Of a stretch of 64,000 bases of DNA, positions 42,971 to 54,245 are shown piece after piece (positions within the stretch are counted from its first letter, which is position 1; each line of letters starts with the position of its first letter). The notes under the pieces were generated by a model. That model saw nothing but the letters and a program-made list of their open reading frames with translations, made no database searches and was not told where the DNA came from. The translations under genes were made by a program, and so were the position numbers. This DNA is from an uncultured Planctomycetota bacterium (GTDB taxonomy: Bacteria; Planctomycetota; Planctomycetia; Isosphaerales; Isosphaeraceae). The stretch covers positions 640,001 through 704,000 of the forward strand of contig CAWGMQ010000003.1 of assembly GCA_963823665.1 (NCBI GenBank). Reading direction: 5' to 3'.

Positions 42971-45900
42971 TCAGCGGAGTCGATCGATCAGCGCGTCGAG
43001 CTGCGACTCGGTGAACTGATCGACGTGCAAATTGTCGAGCAAGAGTTCGCCGTGGGACGGCTGCCACGGACCAATGAGTTGCTCCTGCTCGTTCTCAGTC
43101 ATCAAGGGAAGGTCGGCGAGGCGCCGGTTCGGTTCGAGAGCCATCGCCTCGAGTACGGTCCGGAGGTGCCCGAGCATTCGCTCGATGGCGCATCCTTCGA
43201 ATCGCGCGCTGTCGAAACCGATCTTGATCAGCAGCTCGATGCCCGGCAGGACTGTGACCGTGAGCGGGAAATGAGTTCTCTCCACGTAACGCGCTGACTC
43301 GATGCCCAGCACGGTGGCGCAGTTCTTGCAGCGAGGCCACGAAGGGGAGGTTCTGGACGATCACGAGGCTCTCGAAGAGGGGCACTCCTGCCGGCAGTTC
43401 GCTCCAGGTTTGAATACGCGAGAGCGGGACTGCCTCGAACCGCCGCAGCTCGGCCATGGTCGCCTGAATATTGGATAGCCATGGGATCAAGGAGGCCGCT
43501 TCGGTCACCGCGACGGGAAGCGGTAGGGAGTTGATGAACAGGCCGACGATGGATTCCACGCCCGGCAGCTCTGGCGGCCGACCAGAGACCGTGACGCCGA
43601 AGACGACTTCGCCCCGGCTGCTGTAGCGCGAGAGGAGAAGAGCCCAGGCACCCTGGATCAGGGTGCTGAGCGTGAGCCGATGCGCCCGACCGACCGCCTG
43701 GAGTCTGCCCGTGACATCCGCCGGAAGCGCGGTCTCACGGTCGTCGAACTTCCGGCGCGATGGGCTGCGTCCTTGCGACGAGATGCTCTCGAGCCCAAGC
43801 GGCGTTGCCGCTCTAACTCCTCTCAGAGCCTGCCGCCAGAATCCTTCAGCTTCTTCATCGTCACGATCTCGCAGCCAAGCCACGTAATCGCGAAATGGCC
43901 GAACTGGTTTCAATCGGGGCTCGTTCCCGCCGCGAATCGACTCGTAGCTCTCCAGGACCTCGTGGAGCAGAACCGAGAGGCACCACCCGTCGATCACGGC
44001 GTGATGGATGCTCCAGATGAATTCGTGCAAGTCGTCTCCGAGTCTAACGATCGTCGAGCGCGACAAAGGAGGCTGCGAGGGAATGAATCCGCGTCGACGA
44101 TCCGAATCGAGATAGGCCGCGAGACGCTCTGACTGCTCAGAGGGCTCGAGCCCTCGCCAGTCCCGGTATTCGATAGGATGCTCCACATGACGGTGGACGA
44201 CCTGGTAAGGCCGATCGGAATCGGCCCAGTGGATGGTGGTCCGAAGAGCAGGATGTCGCGTGAGCAGTCGATTCCAGGACTCTTGTAGGGCAGACGGGTC
44301 GAGCTCGCCGCGAAGCCGGCAAACGAACTGCTCGACGTAATGTCCCGCCTCGGGATCGGCAAGCGTATGAAAGAGCATTCCTTCCTGCGTCGGCGTGAGG
44401 GGATACAGATCCTCGATACCGCCGCACTCGGCGAAGGCGCGATCAACCGCCTCGAGATCAAGACCCTCTGGCGCAAGCTCGAACGGAGCGATTGCGGATG
44501 CCGAATTCACGCTCGAGTCTTGATAACTCAAGTTCGGCAGGGCGGCGCCCGCCAACTCGGCGATGCTCGGGTACCGGAATAAGTCCGCAGGGTCGACGGC
44601 GAGGCCCGCTTGCCGTGCTCGCGATACCATCTGGATTCCGAGGATCGAGTCGACGCCGATCTCGAAGAAATTGTCATGGATGCCGACGCGGCTCCGGCCG
44701 AGCAAATCTGCCAGGATCCCGGCCCAGATCTCCTCAGCTCTTGTACGCGGCGGGGCGTATTCGCTGAGCCTCGCCATCCCGTTCAAGCGCGGCGGGAGGC
44801 CAGAGCGCTGATCGGTCGAGCTTGCCGTTCGGCGAAACCGGTAACGCTTCGAGGAAAACGTACGATGACGGCACCATCGGCTCGGGCATTTTGTCATGCA
44901 TCCAGCGCCTGAGCTCTGACGTCGTTGGGTAAGAAAGCGTGTCGGGCACCAGATAAGCAACAAGGCGGTTCTCGCCATGGGAATTTTTCAGAACCGAGAC
45001 GACCGCTTCTCGCACACCCGGATGTTGCACCAGCACGGCCTCTACCTCGCCGAGCTCCACCCGGAAGCCCCGGACCTTGACCTGAGCGTCGCGCCGACCG
45101 AGAAGTTCCAGGACGCCTTCCTCGCACCGCCGCGCACGGTCACCTGTCGCGTACATTCGAGCACCCGGCGCAGCGTGCGGGTCGGGCACGAACCGCTCCG
45201 CTGTCTGACGCGGATTGGCGACGTAGCCGCGCGTTACGCCGGGCCCGCCGATGTACAGCTCGCCGATCACGCCCACCGGAGCCGGCTCGTGCCGATCATC
45301 CAAAACATACGTGCGCGTGCCGGGGAACGGGCGGCCAATCGGGACCGGTCCATCGGCGTCGCGGAGATCATCCGGCCGCTCCGTGAAGTAAGTGCTGTCG
45401 ACGGTCGTTTCGGTCAGGCCGTAGGAGTTGACCACTTTGCCGCCGGGTCTCATCAGCCGCCATAGCCGACGATACAGACTTCCGCGCAACGTGTCTGAGC
45501 CGACGGCCAAAAGTTGAAGGGTGCCCAAACCCTCTCGTTGCCGCTCGAGGTGGGCCGCCAGGGCGGCCGCGATGGCAGGGACCAGCTCGAGGCATTCGAT
45601 CCGTTCGCGGCGGATGAGATCGGCCAGCGCTGCGGGATCGAGCAAGACCGATCGCGGGCAAGCAACCAGGGTTCCGCCGGTGGTCAAGGCGCGGACCCAG
45701 TCGCCGGTGAAGACATCGAAGGCGAAGCCTGCGGCCTGGAGGTGCCGTCGCGGAGGCGAGCTGAGGTCGTAGGCTTCTTGCCAGGCGCTGCTGGCCGTGA
45801 GAATGCTGCTATGAGAGACCAAAACGCCCTTGGGACGCCCGGTGCTGCCGGAGGTATAGACGACGTACGCGATGTTCTCGCCGCAAACACGCACTTCGGG

Positions 45901-48900
45901 GTTCGCGGTCTCGATTCCCGCGGGCGATTGAACGAGGGCATCAAGCGCGACGACCAGGCTGGGGCATCCCGGCAGCCTTTCGCGCAGGTGCTGCTCGGTT
46001 ACCACCATGGTTGCTCCGGAATCCCGGAGCATGCCCACGAGTCGCTCTGTAGGATGCTCAGGATCGAGCGGCAAATAAGCGCCGCCGGCTTTCAAAACGC
46101 CGAGGACCCCCACGATCCGGGCGGGCCACCGGTCGAGGTAGAGACCCACAACAGTCTCAGGACGCACGCCCAGCGCGATCAGGCGATCGGCCAGCGAATT
46201 CGATAACCGATTTAGCTCACGGTACGTGAGCGATTCATCACCACAGACCAGCGCGACTGCGTCGGGCGTTCGCTCAACCTGTCTCTCGAAGCGATGATGG
46301 ATGGCGCGGTCGTCATCAGGAATGGCCGGCGCATGCGCCCACACGTCGAGCAGTCGATGCCGCTCTGAATCCGAGAGCAAGTCAAGATCCGAGAGCCGGC
46401 GCCCGGGATCCGCGACGATGGCTTCGAGCAGGTGCCGGAATCCCTGGGCCATGCGGTCGATCGTCGACGACTTGAACAGGTCGGTGCTGTACTCGATTGC
46501 GACACAGAGCCGGTCGCCGTTTCTGGCGGTCATCATTGTCAAATCGAACAGCGCGGTCTGTTTATCGAGTGCCATCGACTCGGCATCAAGCCCGTGCAGG
46601 TTCAATCTCGCGCCCGCAATGCCCAGCGCGAATGGCGCGAGGCCGGCGTCATCGAGGCGTTGAGCTTTCTGATGGGCGAACATGACCTGGAACACAGGCG
46701 GCCGGCTCGGGTCGGGATTTCCCTTGAGGCGATTGACGAGAAGGCCGAAGGGAAAATCTTGGTGTTCAAGGCCGAGGGCGACTGTTCGGCGCACCTGGTC
46801 GAGGAGTTGCTCAAACGGCGGGTCCCCGGAAAGGTCGCCCCGCATCGGCACCATGTTGACGAAGTAGCCGATCAGCCCCTCTAGACCCGGTCGGGTCCGT
46901 CCCGCGACCGGAGAGCCTACGAAGATGTCGTTCTGTCCTGTTAAACGCCCCAGGAAAACCTGAAAGGCTGCCAGCAACGTGGTATACAAGCTGATCCCGC
47001 GCGATTCTCCCAGGGCGACGATCGCCCGGGTCAGTGTCGGATCGATGTCGAAATGCTTGCTCGCTCCCTTGTAGCTCTGGAAGGCGGGCCTCGAGTAGTC
47101 CGTCGGGAGGTCGAGCACAGGCAGGGGCCCCGCGAGCTGTTGCTGCCAGTAGGCCCAGTGGCGCCGGCCCTCTGCGCTCGCCAGCATATCGTGCTGCCAG
47201 CGCGTGAAGTCCGCATAGCTTGATCGCGGGTGAAGCGACAGGGCGGTGCGACCTGCGCATTCCTCGGCGTATGCCTTTCCAAGGTCGTCGACGAGCACTG
47301 CGATCGACCAGAAGTCGGCGATGATGTGATGAACGACCAGGAGAACAACGTGCTCTGCCGCCGATCGGCTCAGAATATGGATGCGAAAGAGTGGCCCGTT
47401 CTCGAGATCAAAAGGAGCGCGAGCCCGCTCGAGAAGCTTCTGATTGAGCTCGGCCTCGTCTCGGCCATCCAGGTCTTCAATCGGGAGCCACCTGTCCTGG
47501 CGCTTTGCAAACTCGCTGGCATCGAGGAGGCGTAAGACTGGCCTATCGTCGACGGTAGCGAAGGTTGTCCGTAATGCGTCGTGGCGGGCGACGACGCGAC
47601 ATGACGCCCGTCGGAAGGCGCCCAAGTCCAGTTCCGCGCGAACGATTGCGGCCCCGGCAAGATGGTAGGCGGCGCCCTTGGGTGTGAATTGATGCGCGTA
47701 CCAAAGCAGTTGTTGTCCATGCGAAAGCGATTGACTGTCCTGATCTTGCACCGGCGGCGAGGATGTCTGGGACAATTGGGGCGAAGAGCCAGCAAGCTGC
47801 ACGCTCGCCCATTCGGCCAGCTCGCGGATACTGGACCCATCCATCAGCATCGACAGCGGAACCGTCGTCGCGAGCCCAGCATCAATCTGGAGCTTCAACT
47901 CCATCAAATTCAGTGAGTCGAGTCCCAAGCTCAAGAACGGCAGGTCGCGATCGACCTCTTCGGGCCGGATTTCAAGCGGGGCGGCAACCTTTGTCGCCAG
48001 CCAATCAGCGATCGCATCGCGGGAGGGCGAGCCGGAACCGTTTCGCGCTGCGCGTCGTTCAATGAGGCCGTCTGATCCCGCGAACTGCGAGGTTGTCGGT
48101 TCATCCGGCCGTGTCCACTCGGCGATGAGATCGAGCGAACCGGCCAGGAAGGCCTCGCGGCAGACGTGGCGCTGTACTTTGCCGCTTGACGTTTTCGGCA
48201 GAGTCAGCGTCTTGATCAACCGAATCGCATGGACGTCGATGCCGTGTTGCTCGGCAACTGAGCGCCGAATCGATGTGATGATCTCGCTCAAAGCAGCCTG
48301 ATCGCGAGCCCGCTCACTCTCCTGGACGATCGCGAGCCGCTCAGTTCCACCGATATCGACCGCGAAGGCGGAAGTGCCGCCGGCGCAGAGCGCCCTGTGG
48401 CAGCGCTCTACCGTCCACTCGATGTCCTGCGGATAGATGTTTCTGCCACGCAGTATGATCATGTCCTTGAGTCTACCGGTAACGAAAAGCTCGCCATCTT
48501 TCAGGAAGCCGAGGTCGCCGGTGCGAAGGAACGGCCCGTCGCTGTCGTCAAGCATCGCCCGAAAGACTTTCTCTGTCTCCGTGGGCTGCTTCCAGTAGCC
48601 GCATGCGACGCTCGGACCGGTTACCCAGATCTCGCCGACGCGATTTTGAGCGCACGGCATGCTTGTCGCGGCATCGACGACAACGACGCGGTGGCCGGCG
48701 GCGACCTGACCGCTGCCGGCGAGCTGTCTGCCCTCGTTGACGCGCTTTGTCTCGGCGATCTCATCGCGCCCGAGGGCAGCGGCATCAACCGAGAGGACGA
48801 CCGGGGAGTGGCCCGGCGCGCTGCCCGAGACAAGCAGCGTTGCCTCGGCGAGACCGTAGCAGGGGAGAAACGCCTCCCGGCGAAAACCGGCAGGCGCAAA

Positions 48901-49849
48901 GGCGTGGGCAAAGCGGTCGAGCGTGTCCGGGCGGACGGGCTCTGCGCCGTTGAACGCCACGCTCCAGCGACTCAGGTCCAGTTCAGAACGCTGCTCGGTC
49001 GTCGTCTTCTCGACGCACAGATCATAGGCGAAGTTGGGCGCTCCGCTGATCGTGGCGCCGGTGCGTGAGATGGCTTGCAGCCATCGCAGCGGGCGCTGAA
49101 GGAATGAGACCGGCGAGATGAGGGTGCTTGATCCGCCACAGTAGATTGTCTGGATCACACCGCCGATCAGTCCCATGTCGTGAAACAGCGGTAACCAGAA
49201 GACCCCGCGACTTTCGGCCGTCGAACCGAAACTCGCCCGGATCCGCGCTGAATTCTCGAGCAGGTTGGCATGCGTGATCATGACTCCCTTGGGCGCAGCG
49301 GTCGATCCCGAGGTGTACTGGAGAAACGCGAGCGAGTCTCCGCGCGCCGGATCTTTCCAGGCGCTCTCCGAACTGGGCGAGGTTGCCGGCCTCCTCATCC
49401 GTGGCGAGGCGGTGCAGGCCGTGGATCTCGGGCACGCCGATCTCCCACCGGGTCGCGTTGTTATGCTGGGAAGAACTGGTGAGGACGGTGCATGGCTCGG
49501 CGTCTCTGACGATGGCTCGTAGTCGCGGCATCGGGCGGTTGATCTTTGGCAGATGAGCTGGCACAGCCACGACTCCGGCGTACAGACAGCCAAAGAACGC
49601 CGCGATGAACTCGAGCCCGCTCGGGTATAGCAAGAGCGCGCGACCGCCGCTCAGGCCGAGGTTCTGCAACCGGACAGCGATGGCCCGTGCGCGGCGGTCG
49701 AGCTCACCGCGCGTCATTGTCGCCGCCACGCCATCTTCACCGTCTGGGAGAAAGGCAAAGAGGGCCGCGTCGGGATTCTCGGCGGCCCGCTGGCGCACCA
49801 GATCCACAAGGCTGGCACATTCGGACTGTGTCTCTTGGTGTGCAATCAT
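42971..49849 (-). CDS. Lipo-initiating NRPS: FAAL-ACP-C-A(Orn/Dab-like)-T-C; frameshifts near 49365, 44770 and 43312
   Basis: Four ORF pieces join. FLQYTSGST, WLPLFHDMGLIG, CYGLAE (FAAL); LGLDSL; HHIIADFWS; code DVGEAGSVDK; GVDSI; HHAVIDGWC. Confidence 0.9.
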
Positions 49850-49853
49850 CGAA

Positions 49854-50060
49854 TCACCCCGCTTCGACCATCTGCTTTCTGAGGCTCTTCGGACGCATGT
49901 CAGTCCAGACCCGTTCGATGTACTCCAGACACTCATCCTTGGGGCCATCCTTGCCAACGCCCCTCCAGCCAGACGGAGGCTCACGATCGGCAAACCAGAT
50001 TGAGTACTGTTCTTCGTCGTTCATAACCACCTGATAAGATCTATTATCTTCTGTAGTCAT
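49854..50060 (-). CDS. mbtH: MbtH-like protein
   Basis: NDEEQYSIW, PSGW, CLEYIERVWTDMRPKSLR. Confidence 0.95.
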   Translation of the reverse strand: MTTEDNRSYQVVMNDEEQYSIWFADREPPSGWRGVGKDGPKDECLEYIERVWTDMRPKSLRKQMVEAG

Positions 50061-50119
50061 TGTATGTTCCTTCGAGTGTCAAATTGAGTTGACTCACTTG
50101 TTCGTCCAGGGCCTGCCAA

Positions 50120-50136
50120 AGCAACACCCGTACCAA
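50120..50136 (-). promoter_or_regulatory. sigma54 -24/-12 promoter of the mbtH-NRPS-export operon
   Basis: Minus strand TTGGTACGGGTGTTGCT = GG-N10-GC, about 60 bp before mbtH. Confidence 0.8.
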
Positions 50137-50422
50137 AGAGCATCAGTGACGCGTTTCCCGCGACCGTGGCCGAAAAAAGCACCGTCTAAACGCGTTTCCG
50201 AGCGTCAATCGGAGGAGAGCAGCGTCTGTCGCTCCGATCCAGGGTGTGTTCAGCCAATATAGTTAAGCGTGAGGGGGGGACGGCTGGCCGGTTCTCAGCT
50301 TCAGGTGCGCGAGTGGCGGCGGGCGACTGATCGAAAAAGCGGTGGTGAGAATCTCCGCCATTTCATGAGGCTGCGCCAGGCACTCGCGAGCGATCACAGA
50401 AGGCGGCGGCCGACGGGAATAC

Positions 50423-50471
50423 CGATGTGACACGGCAAGTTAATTGCCCGGTTGATGGGAACATTTGCGCA
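50423..50471. promoter_or_regulatory. Putative tandem enhancer (UAS), copy B
   Basis: Ungapped 38/49 match to copy C. Contains GGCAA-N5-TTGCC and TGGGAACATTTGCGCA. Confidence 0.7.
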
Positions 50472-50671
50472 TTGCGCGGGTGCATGTCGAGCCCGTTAAC
50501 GCCGGAGCCGACATGGGAAGCGATTCCGGAGGGGACAATCTCCTGAATAATAACGAAGCGGGGCCGGTCGACGACGCGGTGGTATTTGCGATCACATATT
50601 ATACAGATGTGATAGCGCACGGAATCATTGGCAAATAAGGCCACGCACACCCGCGAACTCATCACGTGCCG

Positions 50672-51154
50672 TCATGTTTGAGCGCGGGCCGGCATCAACG
50701 TTGTTGACAGATTTTCGGGGAAATGATGGGCCGCCGCTGCGGGCGAATCATGCTGAGCTTGCCCATCCCCGAGGAGCTTCCACACGACGTACCTCGTCAA
50801 AAAGTCGACTGTGAACAGGTCGTCGATCCGGTTCAGGCGCGGGTCGCGCTCGAGCGCACTCAAATCAGCAAAGGGTATCCGCGAACGCAGTGCGGCGAGA
50901 TCCTCGGTGGTGGCGCGACCGTCCCGGACGATCTTCGTGCAGAGCTCGAGAACGTGCTCGGAGAACAGCTCGCCGCGCGGAATCTTGATCACGAACGCGC
51001 GCTCGAGCCGGAATGCGATGTCGAGGAAGTCGATCGATTCCGCGCCCAGATCCGCTTGCAACGCTGCGGCTGGCTTGATGGCGTCTTCCTCGACTCCGAG
51101 TGCGTCCACGAGCACCTTGGTGATTTTGGTATAGACTTCGTTCGACGATGGCAT
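50672..51154 (-). CDS. Planctomycete-type long acyl carrier protein
   Basis: VLVDALGV...DLGAESIDFLDIAFRLE...IPRGELF...DLFTV. Confidence 0.85.
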   Translation of the reverse strand: MPSSNEVYTKITKVLVDALGVEEDAIKPAAALQADLGAESIDFLDIAFRLERAFVIKIPRGELFSEHVLELCTKIVRDGRATTEDLAALRSRIPFADLSALERDPRLNRIDDLFTVDFLTRYVVWKLLGDGQAQHDSPAAAAHHFPENLSTTLMPARAQT

Positions 51155-51203
51155 GGGCTAGGTCCTTCAAAAGAGGCTGAGGTCGAAACAATGGAGATCG
51201 CTG

Positions 51204-52337
51204 CTACGGGTGCGGACATTGTTCGCGAGGTCCGTGTTCTTGGCCAGGCGGTGCGGCGCTCCTTGAATGGCCAGTGGATTGATCATCGATCAACCGGGCG
51301 GATTTGCTGCCGGAGTGCTCGATGAGGATGCGCCCTACCTCCGCAACCACGTTGGTATCATTCACGCAAAAGTGTGAGCCGTGCACGATCAACTCCGAGG
51401 CGACGCCGCCCAGATGCGAGCTTCGATAAGGAACGATCCCGTCGGTGCCACCGGGTCGTGGCGAGTCGCGGAGATCGGCGATGACCGAGTGTGAGCGGAT
51501 CGACTCACCTATGCCCAGGTCGCAGATCTTCAAAAGGAGCGGGTGTCCCGGTGCGAGCTCACCGACGCTGGATGGGAGCCGGTCGCGCGACGCTGCGATA
51601 AATATGCTGGAATTATTGGCCGATAACAGGACTTCACACGCTTGACTGAAAGGGTCTGGTCGCCGACAGAGTTGTAAGCCCACTTCTTGGAACCGGCCGC
51701 CGGCAAGCGGGCTGCCGCGATGTGGGGTCGCGATGAAGATGAGCCGGCGCACCTCGGGCACTGGTTCGTAAAAGAACGCTTGCCGCATGAGCTGACATTC
51801 GTCTCTTGGGCCGATTACCTGGTCAATTGGACGCGTGCAGACACTCTGCCAGAGCCGCGGTCCGCCGCTTTGCACCATCATCTTCGCCAGGATGCCGCCA
51901 AGGCTGTGCCCCACGACGACCATGCGGTCGAAGGCTGCGTCCGTACGATCGGGATCAAAGACTCGACGCGTCCGCCGCAAGGACTGCCGCAGCAAGTGGG
52001 CCGAGTAGAGGATCGAGTCACCGCTTGCGTAGCCGACGGTCCAGAATTGAAACCTTGCCCGGAGTGCAGGGTCAGCCTCGAGGCGCTCGATCATCCGGTC
52101 CCAGTTCCGTGGGCTGCCACAGAGACCATGAACAAAAACGACAGGAACCTTGCCTCGTTCGTAGGGCCGGCGCGACTCGATCCGGCACACGTCAGAACCC
52201 GCCATCTCCTCGCCCGGTCGCAGGGCGCTGGTCCGATCTGAGTTGGTGCTGATCCCGGGCAAATCACTGGCCGCACTGAGTGCGGTTGCAACAAGCACTA
52301 CTCCCGCCGCCCAAAAGCAACGAGTCAAGGTGATCAT
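51204..52337 (-). CDS. Exported alpha/beta hydrolase (esterase/lipase)
   Basis: Signal peptide, VVFVHGL, GHSLGG nucleophile, IATPHRGS, DGIVPY..SH, SHF. Confidence 0.8.
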   Translation of the reverse strand: MITLTRCFWAAGVVLVATALSAASDLPGISTNSDRTSALRPGEEMAGSDVCRIESRRPYERGKVPVVFVHGLCGSPRNWDRMIERLEADPALRARFQFWTVGYASGDSILYSAHLLRQSLRRTRRVFDPDRTDAAFDRMVVVGHSLGGILAKMMVQSGGPRLWQSVCTRPIDQVIGPRDECQLMRQAFFYEPVPEVRRLIFIATPHRGSPLAGGRFQEVGLQLCRRPDPFSQACEVLLSANNSSIFIAASRDRLPSSVGELAPGHPLLLKICDLGIGESIRSHSVIADLRDSPRPGGTDGIVPYRSSHLGGVASELIVHGSHFCVNDTNVVAEVGRILIEHSGSKSARLIDDQSTGHSRSAAPPGQEHGPREQCPHP

Positions 52338-52478
52338 TACGAGATCCTTCGATCGGTCATTCTGCGTTTCCTGGAAGCTGTTTCTGCCTTCGCTCTTCCT
52401 AAGCGTGACTGCAGGTCATCGGCCGTGGTCCGGAAGGCTCGGCGAGCGAGGCGCTGACCCATATGCGGGCCAGGACAA

Positions 52479-52495
52479 GGCAACAGGCGTGCCGG
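52479..52495 (-). promoter_or_regulatory. sigma54 -24/-12 promoter of the hydrolase-ACP operon
   Basis: Minus strand CCGGCACGCCTGTTGCC = GG-N10-GC. Confidence 0.8.
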
Positions 52496-52619
52496 AGGTG
52501 AGATATGTTCTGGCTGGCGCTATACTGGCCCCAAGACCACTCGTATTCCCTTCCGTCAGGTCATCTGAGCGGCGGAGACACGGACCAGAGTGGTCGATAG
52601 CGGCGGATCACCGCACAAG

Positions 52620-52668
52620 CGATGTGGGCCGGCAATTTATCTACCCGGCTGACGGGAACATGTGCCCA
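52620..52668. promoter_or_regulatory. Putative tandem enhancer (UAS), copy C
   Basis: Homologous to copies A and B. Starts 140 bp from its -12 GC, exactly as copy A does. Contains the near-palindrome GGGAACATGTGCCC. Confidence 0.7.
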
Positions 52669-52723
52669 CGCCGCCGGTTCCAGTTCGCGTGTGGTGACCG
52701 GCGGGTACCCGAGCGCGAATGCC

Positions 52724-54172
<1,449 letters not shown>

Positions 54173-54245
54173 AGGCTTACCCCGCACAGGGCAAAGAGAT
54201 CTGGAATGACCTGTTCATTGTACGAGGCTATCACGAAGCGGTTCC

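Noticed and set aside
42971..49849. Programmed frameshifting or true pseudogenisation of NRPS subunit 1
   Set aside because: Similar single-base indels hit about ten sites across unrelated genes, several in G/C runs (2385, 10408, 17272, 26645, 63710). No slippery heptamer was seen. Sequencing error is the simpler explanation, but read data are needed.
28472..50060. Calling the product a pyoverdine-like siderophore
   Set aside because: FAAL, PvdE-like and MacAB genes are reminiscent, but no ornithine hydroxylase, formyl/acyl-transferase, TonB receptor or Fur box was seen in the window.
50363..50665. 100-aa ORF between the ACP gene and mbtH
   Set aside because: It overlaps the conserved enhancer cassette, whose other copies are not coding, and shows no protein features.
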